DNA of 31,113 nt from Eledone cirrhosa (lineage: Eukaryota). A model generated the notes under the pieces. The model searched no databases. It saw only the letters and a program-made list of their open reading frames with translations, and was not told the origin of the DNA. Where the stretch lies: assembly GCA_964016885.1 (NCBI GenBank), contig CAXHJY010000432.1, positions 1 to 31,113 of the forward strand, in the 5' to 3' direction. Positions within the stretch are counted from its first letter, which is position 1, and every line of letters begins with the position of its first letter. Positions 13,802 to 26,430 of the stretch are shown here, one piece after another. The position numbers and the translations under genes are program-made.

Positions 13802-13972
13802 TATATATATAGTAATAATAATAAATTTGAAGACTAAAATCCAAAGAGGGCTCGATAAGGATAAATATATATCAGATATATAAGAACCGTAGAGCAAATA
13901 TTCAGAAGATCCCGTTAAGGGTGAAAGCAGCGATTCTTTGCTTAAACTTTAATCTGTTATTTTAATAAATAA

Positions 13973-14036
13973 ATATATATACATATATATATATGTATAT
14001 ATATATGTATATACATATATATTATGTATATACATA

Positions 14037-14092
<56 letters not shown>

Positions 14093-14460
14093 CATATATA
14101 TATGTATATACATATATATATGTATATACATATATATGTATATATACATATATACATATATATATATGTATATGTATATGTATGTATATATATATATATA
14201 TGTATATATATACATATATATATACATATATATACATATATATGTATATATATATACATTTACGTATACGTATATATACATCTATATATATACATATATA
14301 TACATATACATATATATATATACATACATATACGTATATATATATCTATATACATATATATACATCTATATACATATACATATACATATACATTTATATA
14401 CATACATATACATATACATACATATACATATATATACATATACATACATATACATATATA
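13973..14460. repeat. (TA)n compound microsatellite
   Basis: Direct reading. Confidence 0.95.
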
Positions 14461-14566
14461 TAGGAACCAGTAAGACCCCGACAGCTGAACTCAAGCCGTT
14501 TCGACGGCTAATTCATTAGCCGTCGAAACGGCTTGAGCTCAGCTGTCGGGGTCTTACTTGTTCCTA
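14461..14566. repeat. Foldback palindrome, 52-bp arms, 2-nt loop, made of two hammerhead 3' halves
   Basis: taggaac...cggctaat-tc-attagccgtc GAAAC ggcttgagctcagct GTC ggggtc...gttccta; 2 mismatches between arms; no CTGANGA. Confidence 0.93.
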
Positions 14567-14643
14567 TTACCCACTCTACTACCTCAAGTATTGAGTACTT
14601 TGGTGCGTTATGGTCCACCTGGTTCCTTACCACATTTCCTTCG

Positions 14644-14686
<43 letters not shown>

Positions 14687-14840
14687 TAGATAGATTTTGA
14701 GTTTATGTTGGTTGTATACCAACACCTCAGTATGCAGGCTGGAGCACTCGACGGAGTGCGAAGGTTGGTTTGGTTACTCCGGAGTAGTGTAAAATAAAGT
14801 TAAATAAAAGTCAAATAATTAAAATTTAACTTCGTTTATT

Positions 14841-14895
14841 ACTGCTATATATATTTCAGTGACAGCCATCTTTGGCTGTGACCTCTTCAGGCAGT
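14841..14895 (-). ncRNA. Minimal hammerhead ribozyme (left arm)
   Basis: Exact reverse complement of 15116-15170. Confidence 0.85.
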
Positions 14896-15115
14896 TTGAA
14901 TTAGTGTGGTATAGACAAGTACATATGTTGTTTAGGTGTATAATATTGTCAATACTCTGATATGCCCAGTTCCTTGTTGGGTTGTTAATTCACTGAGGAA
15001 CTGGAGTCAGTTCCTCAGTGAAATAACAACCCAACAAGGAACTGGGCATATCAGAGTATTGACAATATTATACACCTAAACAACATATGTACTTGTCTAT
15101 ACCATACTAATTCAA

Positions 15116-15170
15116 ACTGCCTGAAGAGGTCACAGCCAAAGATGGCTGTCACTGAAATATATATAGCAGT
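15116..15170 (+). ncRNA. Minimal hammerhead ribozyme (right arm)
   Basis: actgc CTGAAGA ggtc-acagcca-aaga-tggctgt-cact GAAA tatata TA gcagt: 5-bp stem I, long stem II, palindromic ATATATAT stem III, AUA triplet, AATAAA directly after. Confidence 0.85.
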
Positions 15171-15214
15171 AATAAACGAAGGTAAATTTTAATCATTTGA
15201 CTTTTATTTAACTT

Positions 15215-15221
<7 letters not shown>

Positions 15222-15273
<52 letters not shown>

Positions 15274-15289
15274 ATTATACATCTATATA

Positions 15290-15329
<40 letters not shown>

Positions 15330-15351
15330 TACATATACATACATCTATATA

Positions 15352-15391
<40 letters not shown>

Positions 15392-15475
15392 TACATATAC
15401 ATACATCTATATACTTATATATATATATACATATATACATATACATATATACATATATATATACATATTCATATA

Positions 15476-15511
<36 letters not shown>

Positions 15512-16021
15512 TATTCATATATACATATATATATACATATTCATATATACATATATATATATATATATATACATATTCATATATACATATATATATACAT
15601 ATTCATATATACATATATACATACATATTCATATATACATATATACATATATATATATATACATATATACATATATATATATATACATATATATATACAT
15701 ATTCATATATACATATATATATACATATTCATATATACATATATATATACATATTCATATATACATACATATATACATATATATATATACATATACATAT
15801 ATATACTACACACATATATATATACATATAGATATATATACATATATATATATATACATATATATACATAAAGATATATATACATATATATATATACAAA
15901 TATATATACATACAAATATATATACATATATATACATATATACACATATATAAATATACATATATCTACATATATATATATATATACATATATACACATA
16001 TATAAATATACATATATCTAC

Positions 16022-16053
<32 letters not shown>

Positions 16054-16117
16054 CCATATATATACATATATATATATATCCATATATATACATATATATA
16101 CATATATATATATATAC

Positions 16118-16168
<51 letters not shown>

Positions 16169-16415
16169 CATATATATATACATATATATATATATACATA
16201 TATATATACATATATATATATATACATATACATATATATATATATACATATACATATATATATACATATATATACATATATATATATATACATATATACA
16301 TATATATACATATATACATATATATACATATATATACATATATATATATATACATATATATATATACATATATATATATACATACATATATATATATACA
16401 TATATATATACATAC

Positions 16416-16446
<31 letters not shown>

Positions 16447-16637
16447 AACACATATATATATATATACATACATATATATACATATATATATATATACATA
16501 TATATATACACATATATATATATATACATATATATATACATATATATATACATATATATACACATATATATATATACATATATATACACATATATATATA
16601 CACATATATATATATATACATATATATACATATACAC
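15222..16637. repeat. (TA)n microsatellite with CA interruptions
   Basis: Direct reading. Confidence 0.98.
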
Positions 16638-17067
16638 AGTTCAAGAGGAAACCAATCTTAAATAGAGAGATGGAGATAGGAGAGGAGAAATTGGTAAAGG
16701 TATTGGATGCCAAAAGCCTAAAGGCGTGTGCTCAATGTGCAATATGCAGTGGGAAGCATCTAGAGAATTGGGTTCGTGCTGAGATTAGGTGCACAGAGCT
16801 GGAAATATTCATTATTTAAGCAAATCAAGACCACACAATTCGCATGGAAGACGTTAGTTAAAGAGTGTCAACATTATTTGCAGTTTAATGTAAGGAATAA
16901 TAATTGATATAAAAGACACAGAAGCGAAAACCAACCAACAGTGAGTGTGTTCTGTTATAAATTCTGGCAATATTATTACACAAATATGACCCTCCCCAAG
17001 TATCGCAATATTCTTTTTGGACACACGATTTCATATAAAAAACCTCGCAAAACTAATTCATCGCCGT

Positions 17068-17110
<43 letters not shown>

Positions 17111-17111
<1 letters not shown>

Positions 17112-17288
17112 GTTTCTACTTTAGGCACAAGGCCAGCAATTACGCAGTATATTACTGGTACTTTATTTTATTGACTCCGTAAGGATGAAAGGCAAAGTTA
17201 ACCTCGGCGGGATTTGAACTCAGATCGTTAAGGGACGTAACTATGCTGGAAAGCATGGTGTCTGACACTCTACCGATACTGCCAATCC
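17111..17288 (-). mobile_element. tRNA-derived SINE
   Basis: Minus strand A-box-like tggcagtatcgg, B-box gagttcaaatcc, followed by the conserved central block gcctttcatcctt...aaaataaagtaccagt. Confidence 0.85.
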
Positions 17289-17312
17289 AGCTACATAAGG
17301 AATAATAAAGCT

Positions 17313-17436
17313 CGTTTACAATTGTTTCTCTACTCCATATAATGTTTCTGGACCAATCGATTATTAGACAGTTATTGATCTGGTTGAGAGAAAGATAAGT
17401 AACTTAAGTTATATTATGGAGCACTTCTTCAGAACG
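17313..17436 (-). ncRNA. Hammerhead ribozyme with ~100-nt stem II domain
   Basis: Minus strand cgtt CTGAAGA ag-tgctccata...tatggagta-ga GAAAC AATT GTA aacg; palindromic ACAATTGT. Confidence 0.8.
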
Positions 17437-17714
17437 TCAGATGAGATAATGAAAATATTGATATAGATAAAATGGAATAAGATAAATTTCCTAAAAGTAG
17501 CCATCTTGTTACGCATAGGCATATTTTGTTTACTATAGCCTCGACAGATGCGTAATGCTTGTTTATAGCAGACATTTGAGCCATCCAAGAGCCTTTTCGG
17601 GAACTGCCAATCTGAGTAATCTTTACGGACAAGTAACCCTCCTATTTTATTTTATTTTATTTTATATTTCTTATTCCATTTTATCTATATCAATATTTTC
17701 ATTATCTCATCTGA

Positions 17715-17838
17715 CGTCCCGAAGAACTGCTCCATAATAAAACTTAAGTTACATATCTTTCTCTGAACAAGATCAATAACGATCTAATAATCGATTGATC
17801 CAGAAACATTATATGGAGTAGAGAAACAATTGTAAAAG
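17715..17838 (+). ncRNA. Degenerate hammerhead (right-arm copy)
   Basis: cgtc CCGAAGA ac-tgctccata...tatggagta-ga GAAAC AATT GTA aaag; core U4C change and broken stem I. Confidence 0.6.
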
Positions 17839-17969
17839 GATTATTATTCCAAACATTAAATTACAATTACACTCTTTACTCTACTCCTTACATTAAACTG
17901 CAACTAATATTGACACTCTTTAAGTAACGTCTTCCATGTGAATTTTGTGGTCTTGATTTATTTAAATAA

Positions 17970-18091
<122 letters not shown>

Positions 18092-18114
18092 TATATACAT
18101 ATATATAAATATAC

Positions 18115-18148
<34 letters not shown>

Positions 18149-19420
18149 TTATACAGTATTTTCCGTTGTGTTGTAAGATATATATATATATTTATACAGT
18201 ATTTTCCGTTGTGTTGTAAGAAAGTTTGTAGATAGCTGTTTTAGGTTATGTAACTGTTATAGAAACACGTGTCAATAAATTCCTTTCAACTAAACTGTAT
18301 CCATTCAAATCTTTCTATATATATATTTATATATAAATATATACATATATACATATATATAAATATATATAACGTTCGGGCGAATAGAACTGAATCCAAC
18401 CACCGACAACATAGCTGGATGACCGATAATCACCCCAAACCGGAGTACTGTGATCCTTGTGATTTCCAGATATACAACCACTGACACTGTTACGAAGACC
18501 AGAAAACCATACTCCATAATATTGAACCAAGTGATTGATTTGTGCGACCAAAATAACACCACACACATATTGAACTAGGAATATTGGATCCTCCGTCAAT
18601 GTCCGGGTGAGCAAAAATTGATTTCTATCTGCATTGGAATTTACGAACTTGTGCATCTGCTGTGGTGTCAAAAACAAACGCGAATGACCGCACAGATAAA
18701 CAATGGACTATGCCACGTGGCTTGAACCCGTAAGTGAATTGAAGGTTCTGCAACTCTGATACACAGATTATTTATTATTAAGATGTATAACCTTGACATA
18801 ACTATTATCATCTTATATTCTCTCAACTAATCACACTTGATCATATTTCTCTATCCCGTTTTCTCCCCCCATAATTATTATATTTTTTATTATTATTTGA
18901 AAAAAATCGGTTTTTTTTACATTGTGTTTTCCCCTCCAAATATTCGCTTATATTTCTTTATATTTTCTCTATATATTTTTTTTATCTTTATTATTTCCAC
19001 TTTTATCCTCCTTTATATTTTACCTTATTCTTACTTTTATACCTTATTATAGTGTAATCTTCCCCATGCCTTATTATACACTATTAATTATAGATTATTA
19101 TTATTACTCTTTTTCCATTTCTAATTACCTCATGTACTTTCTCCTCCGCTATATATATATATGTATTCTACGCCCTTTGTGTTTGTGTAGCCTCTGCGCA
19201 CCCTCTGCACCATACTATCGACGCCACCCCATCTATGGTTCAGCTAACCACCCGACCCCCGGGAATGAATATGACCGCAGCTAGTAAACAAGGACCCACA
19301 CCCCACCCTCCCGCACCAAAATTAGACTTATCGTCCCCTGCTTTTGCTCTTTACTCTCTTTACTCTTTGTTCTTGAATGTTTGGTTGGTAGAGTCCATAA
19401 CACCAATCAAACCCCTTTTA

Positions 19421-19469
19421 TAGCTCTGACGAATCCTACGGCTACGTAAGGAAGAAACATTGTAAGCCA
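19421..19469 (+). ncRNA. Minimal hammerhead ribozyme
   Basis: gct CTGACGA a-tcc-tacg-gcta-cgta-a-gga-a GAAAC att GTA agc, then AATAAA at 19469 and (TA)n about 40 bp later. Confidence 0.8.
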
Positions 19470-19509
19470 ATAAAAATCTTTTGATGTTGTAGACGCTCTT
19501 GTGTTCTTT

Positions 19510-20332
<823 letters not shown>

Positions 20333-21389
20333 GGGGTCCCACAAGGCACTGTGTTGGGCCCACTTCTCTTCATCATCTATATTAATGACATCACTGACAT
20401 CATCATACACAGCAACATTAAAATTTTCGCTGATGATTCCAAGCTCCAAAAGGTCATCAATGGCGTGGATGACCGGATAAGCCTTCAGTCAGACCTACTG
20501 GCTGTTACCCAATGGGCAGAAAAGAACAACATGTTACTGAACGAAGACAAATTCGAACTGATCCACTTTGGAAAAGAGGATGCTCTGAAACTCCCGTACT
20601 CCCTTCCCTCCGGGGAAACTCTCGTGGCATCTAACAACATCAGAGACTTGGGAGTAACCGTGGACAGCAACATAAGCTGGACCACGCATATAAGCAGCAA
20701 AGTTGACATGGCCCGCAGAATGTGTTCCTGGATCCTCAGAACCTTCCAGTCGAGAGATTCCCGCACCATTATCCTTCTCTTCTCTACTTTCGCCCGACCA
20801 CACCTTGAATACTGTTGTCCACTGTGGTCTCCCCACACGAAACAAAGTATCATGAAACTTGAAGCTCCTCAAAGGGCAATCACGAAAAAGATAGATGGCA
20901 TGTCAGACCTTGACTACTGGGGTCGATTAGAAAACCTGAAACTTTACTCACTCCAACGTCGCCGTGAGCGTTATATTATCTGCATGATGTGGAAAATGTT
21001 CCATCATCACTGCCCAAATGATGTTGGCATCGCCTTCAAGATACACCCAAGGCTTGGGCCCCGTGCTATCCGTCCCATTCAAAAATCTAAATCGCAACTC
21101 ATAACAACAATACGGCACAATTATTTCACCTCAATCGGCCCTGCTCTCTTCAACATCACACCAGGACACGTCAAAACAGAAACTGACCACACAAAATTCA
21201 AGAAGTCTTTGGACAAATTCCTCCAAGTAATCCCGGACAAACCACCCACACCCGGATATGTCTCCGCAAACAGTAATTCTCTTCTCGAATGGGCCATGGT
21301 GCCCAAATCCTGAATTGAAAGACTTCGCCAGGTGGTGCTATTAAGTTAGACATGGCCTGGGCCAATACTGGCCAAAACATTTCAAAGTT
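20333..21389 (+). mobile_element. 5'-truncated CR1-group LINE (RT C-terminal half plus short 3' UTR)
   Basis: Uninterrupted frame 20333-21313: [64 protein letters not shown]. Confidence 0.92.
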
Positions 21390-22061
21390 ATACATATATA
21401 TACATATACATATATATATAAACATATATATACATATACATATATATATAAACATATATATACATATACATATATATATAAACATATATATATATATATA
21501 CATATATATATACATATATATATACATATACATATACATATACATATATATATACATATATATATACATATACATATATATATACATATATATATACATA
21601 TATATATACATATATATATATACATATATATATACATATATATATATACATATATATATACATATATATATACATATATATATACATATATATATATACA
21701 TATATATATATACATATATATATATACATATATATATATACATATATATATATACATATATATATATACATATATATATACATATATATATACATATATA
21801 TATATACATATATATATATACATATATATATACATATATATATATACATATATATATATACATATATATATATATACATATATATATATACATATATATA
21901 TATACATATATATATATACATATATATATATACATATATATATATATACATATATATATATACATATATATATATACATATATATATATACATATATATA
22001 TATACATATATATATATACATATATATATATACATATATATATATACATATATATATATAC

Positions 22062-22139
<78 letters not shown>

Positions 22140-22279
22140 ATACATATACATATATATATACATATATATATATACATATATATATATATACATATATTTA
22201 TACATATATATATACATATATATATATATACATATATTTATACATATATATATACATATATATATATACATATATATAT

Positions 22280-22324
<45 letters not shown>

Positions 22325-23352
22325 CATATATATATAGACATATATATATATATACATATATATATATACATATATATATATACATATATATATATATACA
22401 TATATACATATACATATATACATATACATATATATATACATATATATATATACATATATATATATACATATATATATACATATATATATACACATATACG
22501 TATATATATATATACATATATACATATATATATACATATATATACATATATATATACATATATATACATATATACATATATACATATATATATATATACA
22601 TACATATATACATATATATATATATACATACATATATATATACATACATATATATATACATACATATATATACATATATATATATATATACATACATATA
22701 TATACATATATATATACATACATATATATACATATATATATACATATATATATACATATATATATACATATATATATATACATATATATATATATACATA
22801 TATATATATACATATATATATAGACATATATATATAGACATATATATATAGACATATATACATATACATATATACATATACATATATACATATACATATA
22901 TACATATACATATATATATACATATATACATATACATATATATATATACATATATATATATACATATATATATACATATATACATATACATATATATATA
23001 CATATATATATATACATATATATATACATATATATATACATATATATATACACATATACGTCTATATATATATACATATATACATATATATATACATATA
23101 TATATACATATATATATACATATATATATACACATATACGTATATATATATATACATATATACATATACATATACGTATATATATATATACATATATACA
23201 TATACATATATATATATATACATATATACATATACATATATATATATATACATATATACATATACATATATATACATATATACATATATACATATATATA
23301 TATATACATACATATATACATATATATATATATACATACATATATACATATA

Positions 23353-23388
<36 letters not shown>

Positions 23389-23426
23389 CATATATATATA
23401 TATACATACATATATATACATATATA

Positions 23427-23462
<36 letters not shown>

Positions 23463-23553
23463 CATATATATACATATATATATATATACATATATATACA
23501 TATATATATATATACATATATATACATATACATATATATACATATATATATAT
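21390..23553. repeat. (TA)n microsatellite with CA interruptions, about 2.2 kb
   Basis: Direct reading. Confidence 0.98.
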
Positions 23554-23940
23554 GGTGGCTGCCAACTCGTTTTCGAGTACGGCCACTACTTTATATCTAT
23601 GTAGGAGAACTCCTACCGATGCGCTGAACGAGTGTGACTTTTTAGTCCAGCTAGCGACTTGAAAACTCTGGTACAAACACTACACTTGTGACAATTATTG
23701 ACACATAGTGCTGGGCCCATGGTACCATGTGACGACAAGTGCAGAGAGATCTCCAGATATAAAGCAATGCCTGTGCCGTGAAGCTTTTATAGTGAGCAAA
23801 GGCACTGCACAAAGCCAGTCCCACTCTCTTAACCAAGATGATATTTACCAAAAAGAAGAACAAGTCAACATCATTAGATACCAGCAGGGTTGCAGGTGTT
23901 ATATCAGAGGTTTCCTTCTCCTAGAATTCTGCCTTGACAA
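23554..23940 (-). mobile_element. Dispersed repeat, longest copy (resembles RTE-type LINE 5' region)
   Basis: Near-identical to 3451-3721; minus strand ctaggagaaggaaacctctga resembles a motif recalled from RTE 5' UTRs (not verified by search). Confidence 0.6.
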
Positions 23941-23970
23941 TACATACATATATATATATACATACATACA

Positions 23971-24036
<66 letters not shown>

Positions 24037-24399
24037 CATACATACATATATATATACATACATATATATATACATACATATATATATACATACATACATA
24101 TATATATACACATACATATATATATATTTTTCATTGAGCCACAAAGTGACTAGTTGCAAAACACGTATATGTATGTGTATGTATATATATATGTAAACTT
24201 TTATATGTAATAATATCCCACTAGGTTGAGATACAAATTTGGCTATATTGTGCTGTTCTTTCTAGGAAAAATGCCACCTGTCGTAAGCAACTACCACACC
24301 CCTTCCAACTTGACCGCGACTACGTCACGATTTTTAGCCATTTTGAAATGAATTCTTGGCGCGATCGTTTTGGAAAATTTAATGTCTAGATATGAGCGA

Positions 24400-24487
24400 G
24401 CTTCCTGAAGAATCCGGCGCTCGAGTTTATATAATTATTACATAATTATTGGAAAACTCAAAACACGGACGAAACCATGGTAGAGGT
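24400..24487 (+). ncRNA. Hammerhead ribozyme with extended stem II
   Basis: gcttc CTGAAGA a-tccg...gagttt...aaactc...cgga-c GAAAC CATG GTA gaggt; palindromic ACCATGGT, GUA triplet. Confidence 0.82.
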
Positions 24488-24781
24488 ATTTAAATGTATT
24501 CTGTTTTCTCCTGGTTTATTTTAAACCTAATTCTGCTTAGTTGACTGTATCTAGGCGATTACGCTGTCGAAATATTCGATAAATACTCCGCTACGGCCGA
24601 CGCGAAGCGCTAGTTTTGGTTATTTGTCGGAGATTCCTTCATAGAAGCCTCATTCCTATAGCCTGGTCTATTCGATTTTTTATATAGTTAATTATGCTAA
24701 CTGGGAGAGGAAATAGTATATATTTTATCTTGTGATTCTATAGACATGTTTTATGATATACATACATATCTATATATACAT

Positions 24782-24820
<39 letters not shown>

Positions 24821-24824
<4 letters not shown>

Positions 24825-25164
24825 TAAACGGAAAAGAAAATGCTGACAAATTGTTCCCAGTGAAAAATAGTTTAATTAGGAATAAGTAAAAATTAGTAAT
24901 AGTATTGGTTAGGATTCAGTTTTGGTTTTAAGTTTTACCGGTTGCGCATTTCTAATGCTTTTCAAAAATAATTTTGAGATAGAGCGTCCGTGATGTTTGC
25001 TCTGATCTCAAAATTATTTTTGAAAAGCATTAGAAATGCGCAACCGGTAAAACTTAAAACCAAAACTGAATCCTAATCAATACTATTACTAATTTTTACT
25101 TATTCCTAATTAAACTATTTTTCACTGTGAACAATTTGTCAGCATTTTCTTTTCCGTTTACCAA
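24821..25164. repeat. Foldback inverted repeat (~165-bp arms, 13-nt loop)
   Basis: ttggtaaacgg...gagatagagc-gtccgtgatgttt-gctctgatctc...ccgtttaccaa; very few mismatches. Confidence 0.96.
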
Positions 25165-25571
25165 TATATCATCACTCGTGTGTTACACCTCTATTCTTTT
25201 AAATATATATATATGTATATACATATATATATATACATATTTATATATACATATCCATCATATTTCTGTGTAAGGACCTTTGTTAAGTTGTGTTCCAAAC
25301 ACCAACTCAGTTACGAAGAAGTTAGTAATATTAATTCCTCCAAATTCTTGATTATTTCAAAAATTATTTTGAATTCGGTTTTGCAGTGTCCTCATGAGAT
25401 GTTAACAACAGGACCAAACACTCCACCATCGTCCACCGCAAACAAATTATTACTAATGCATCTGGTTTGCCCCAGCGATGCTTTCCAAAGTGTCTATGAA
25501 ACGATGTATAGACTCATACCTTCTTGTTGAGTCGTAGGGTCATTTTAAACCTCTTCTCCAGGACTGAACAT

Positions 25572-25573
<2 letters not shown>

Positions 25574-25621
<48 letters not shown>
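25574..25621. repeat. (GA)n microsatellite
   Basis: Direct reading. Confidence 0.97.
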
Positions 25622-25623
<2 letters not shown>

Positions 25624-26237
25624 CAACTCCAGTACTAGACTGGTACATTTTCCTAAATCGACCTTGGAAGGAATGAAAGACAAAGTTGCGAGAAGTGAGC
25701 CGGAATAGTATAAAACATTCTGACATTCCAGCGACTCCACCAAGCCACTGCTTCGTATGAAAGGTTTAAAGATTAGAAAGAAAACCTTGATAGAAATTCA
25801 CGATGACAAGGCAATCAAAGATTTATCATATTTTATAGGACTTCCAGACTTATTTTGATAACAGCTGACATTGACAAGTTCTCTATTTGATGTCATAGAG
25901 GACCCCCTGGGTATATGCCCCGCATTTCAACAAGGAATATTAAGTAAGGAATATTAAGTAAAAAAAAAGACAAAAAAAAAACAAACAAAAAAAATAAGCT
26001 GCTTCAACGCAGGTTCTTTCTTTTTTTCTTTGATTATGAAAAATAGTCGAACAAGTTGGGCATATAAGGTGGTGGAGGGGAGATTGGTGGAAGGGGAAAG
26101 TCTAGTATACCCCGCGCCTCAGTATTTGACTGGTATAGAAAATGATCGTCCAACATCCCAGACATCTTACCGGGTGGAGCTCGACAAAGGACTCTGCTTC
26201 CATCTTTCCATTGCTTCTCGCAACTCCTACCGAGAAG

Positions 26238-26400
26238 AGCAGCATGAGATAAGGTGTTTCTTAAGGACATAACTCATCGCCCCGTATGGAAATCGGAGTC
26301 ACAACCTCTCAATTACGAATCCAATTCTGAAACCACTAAGCCACCCGACCCCAGTGTATTACTGGTACTTTATTTTTATCGAAGGATGAAAGTCAAAGTT
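26238..26400 (-). mobile_element. Degraded tRNA-derived SINE fragments
   Basis: Minus strand ggtggcttagtggtt head and core-like tgtccttaagaaacacc; adjacent ctggtactttattttta...aaggatgaaag block shared with the 17111 SINE. Confidence 0.6.
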
Positions 26401-26430
26401 CGTTTTATTTACCAGTTGCGTACACTGAAG

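Larger units (their letters stand above)
14790..15221. repeat. Foldback palindrome (~214-bp arms, 4-nt loop) with a hammerhead in each arm
   Basis: taaaataaagtt...gaggaactg-gagt-cagttcctc...aactttatttta; few mismatches. Confidence 0.97.

Noticed and set aside
14993-15011. CTGAGGA-actg-gagt-cagt at the foldback centre as another hammerhead 5' half
   Set aside because: Opposite orientation to the clear HHR in the same arm and no correctly placed GAAA/stem III; may be chance
16637-16819. Open frame [13 protein letters not shown]... as a GIY-YIG C-terminus or host exon
   Set aside because: Only a P.LNR resemblance; too short to support
18143-18221. ~36-bp direct duplication next to TA
   Set aside because: Ordinary local slippage duplication
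25180-25530. 116-aa ORF in unique-looking sequence
   Set aside because: Starts in a repeat tail and microsatellite; no recognisable domain or splice evidence
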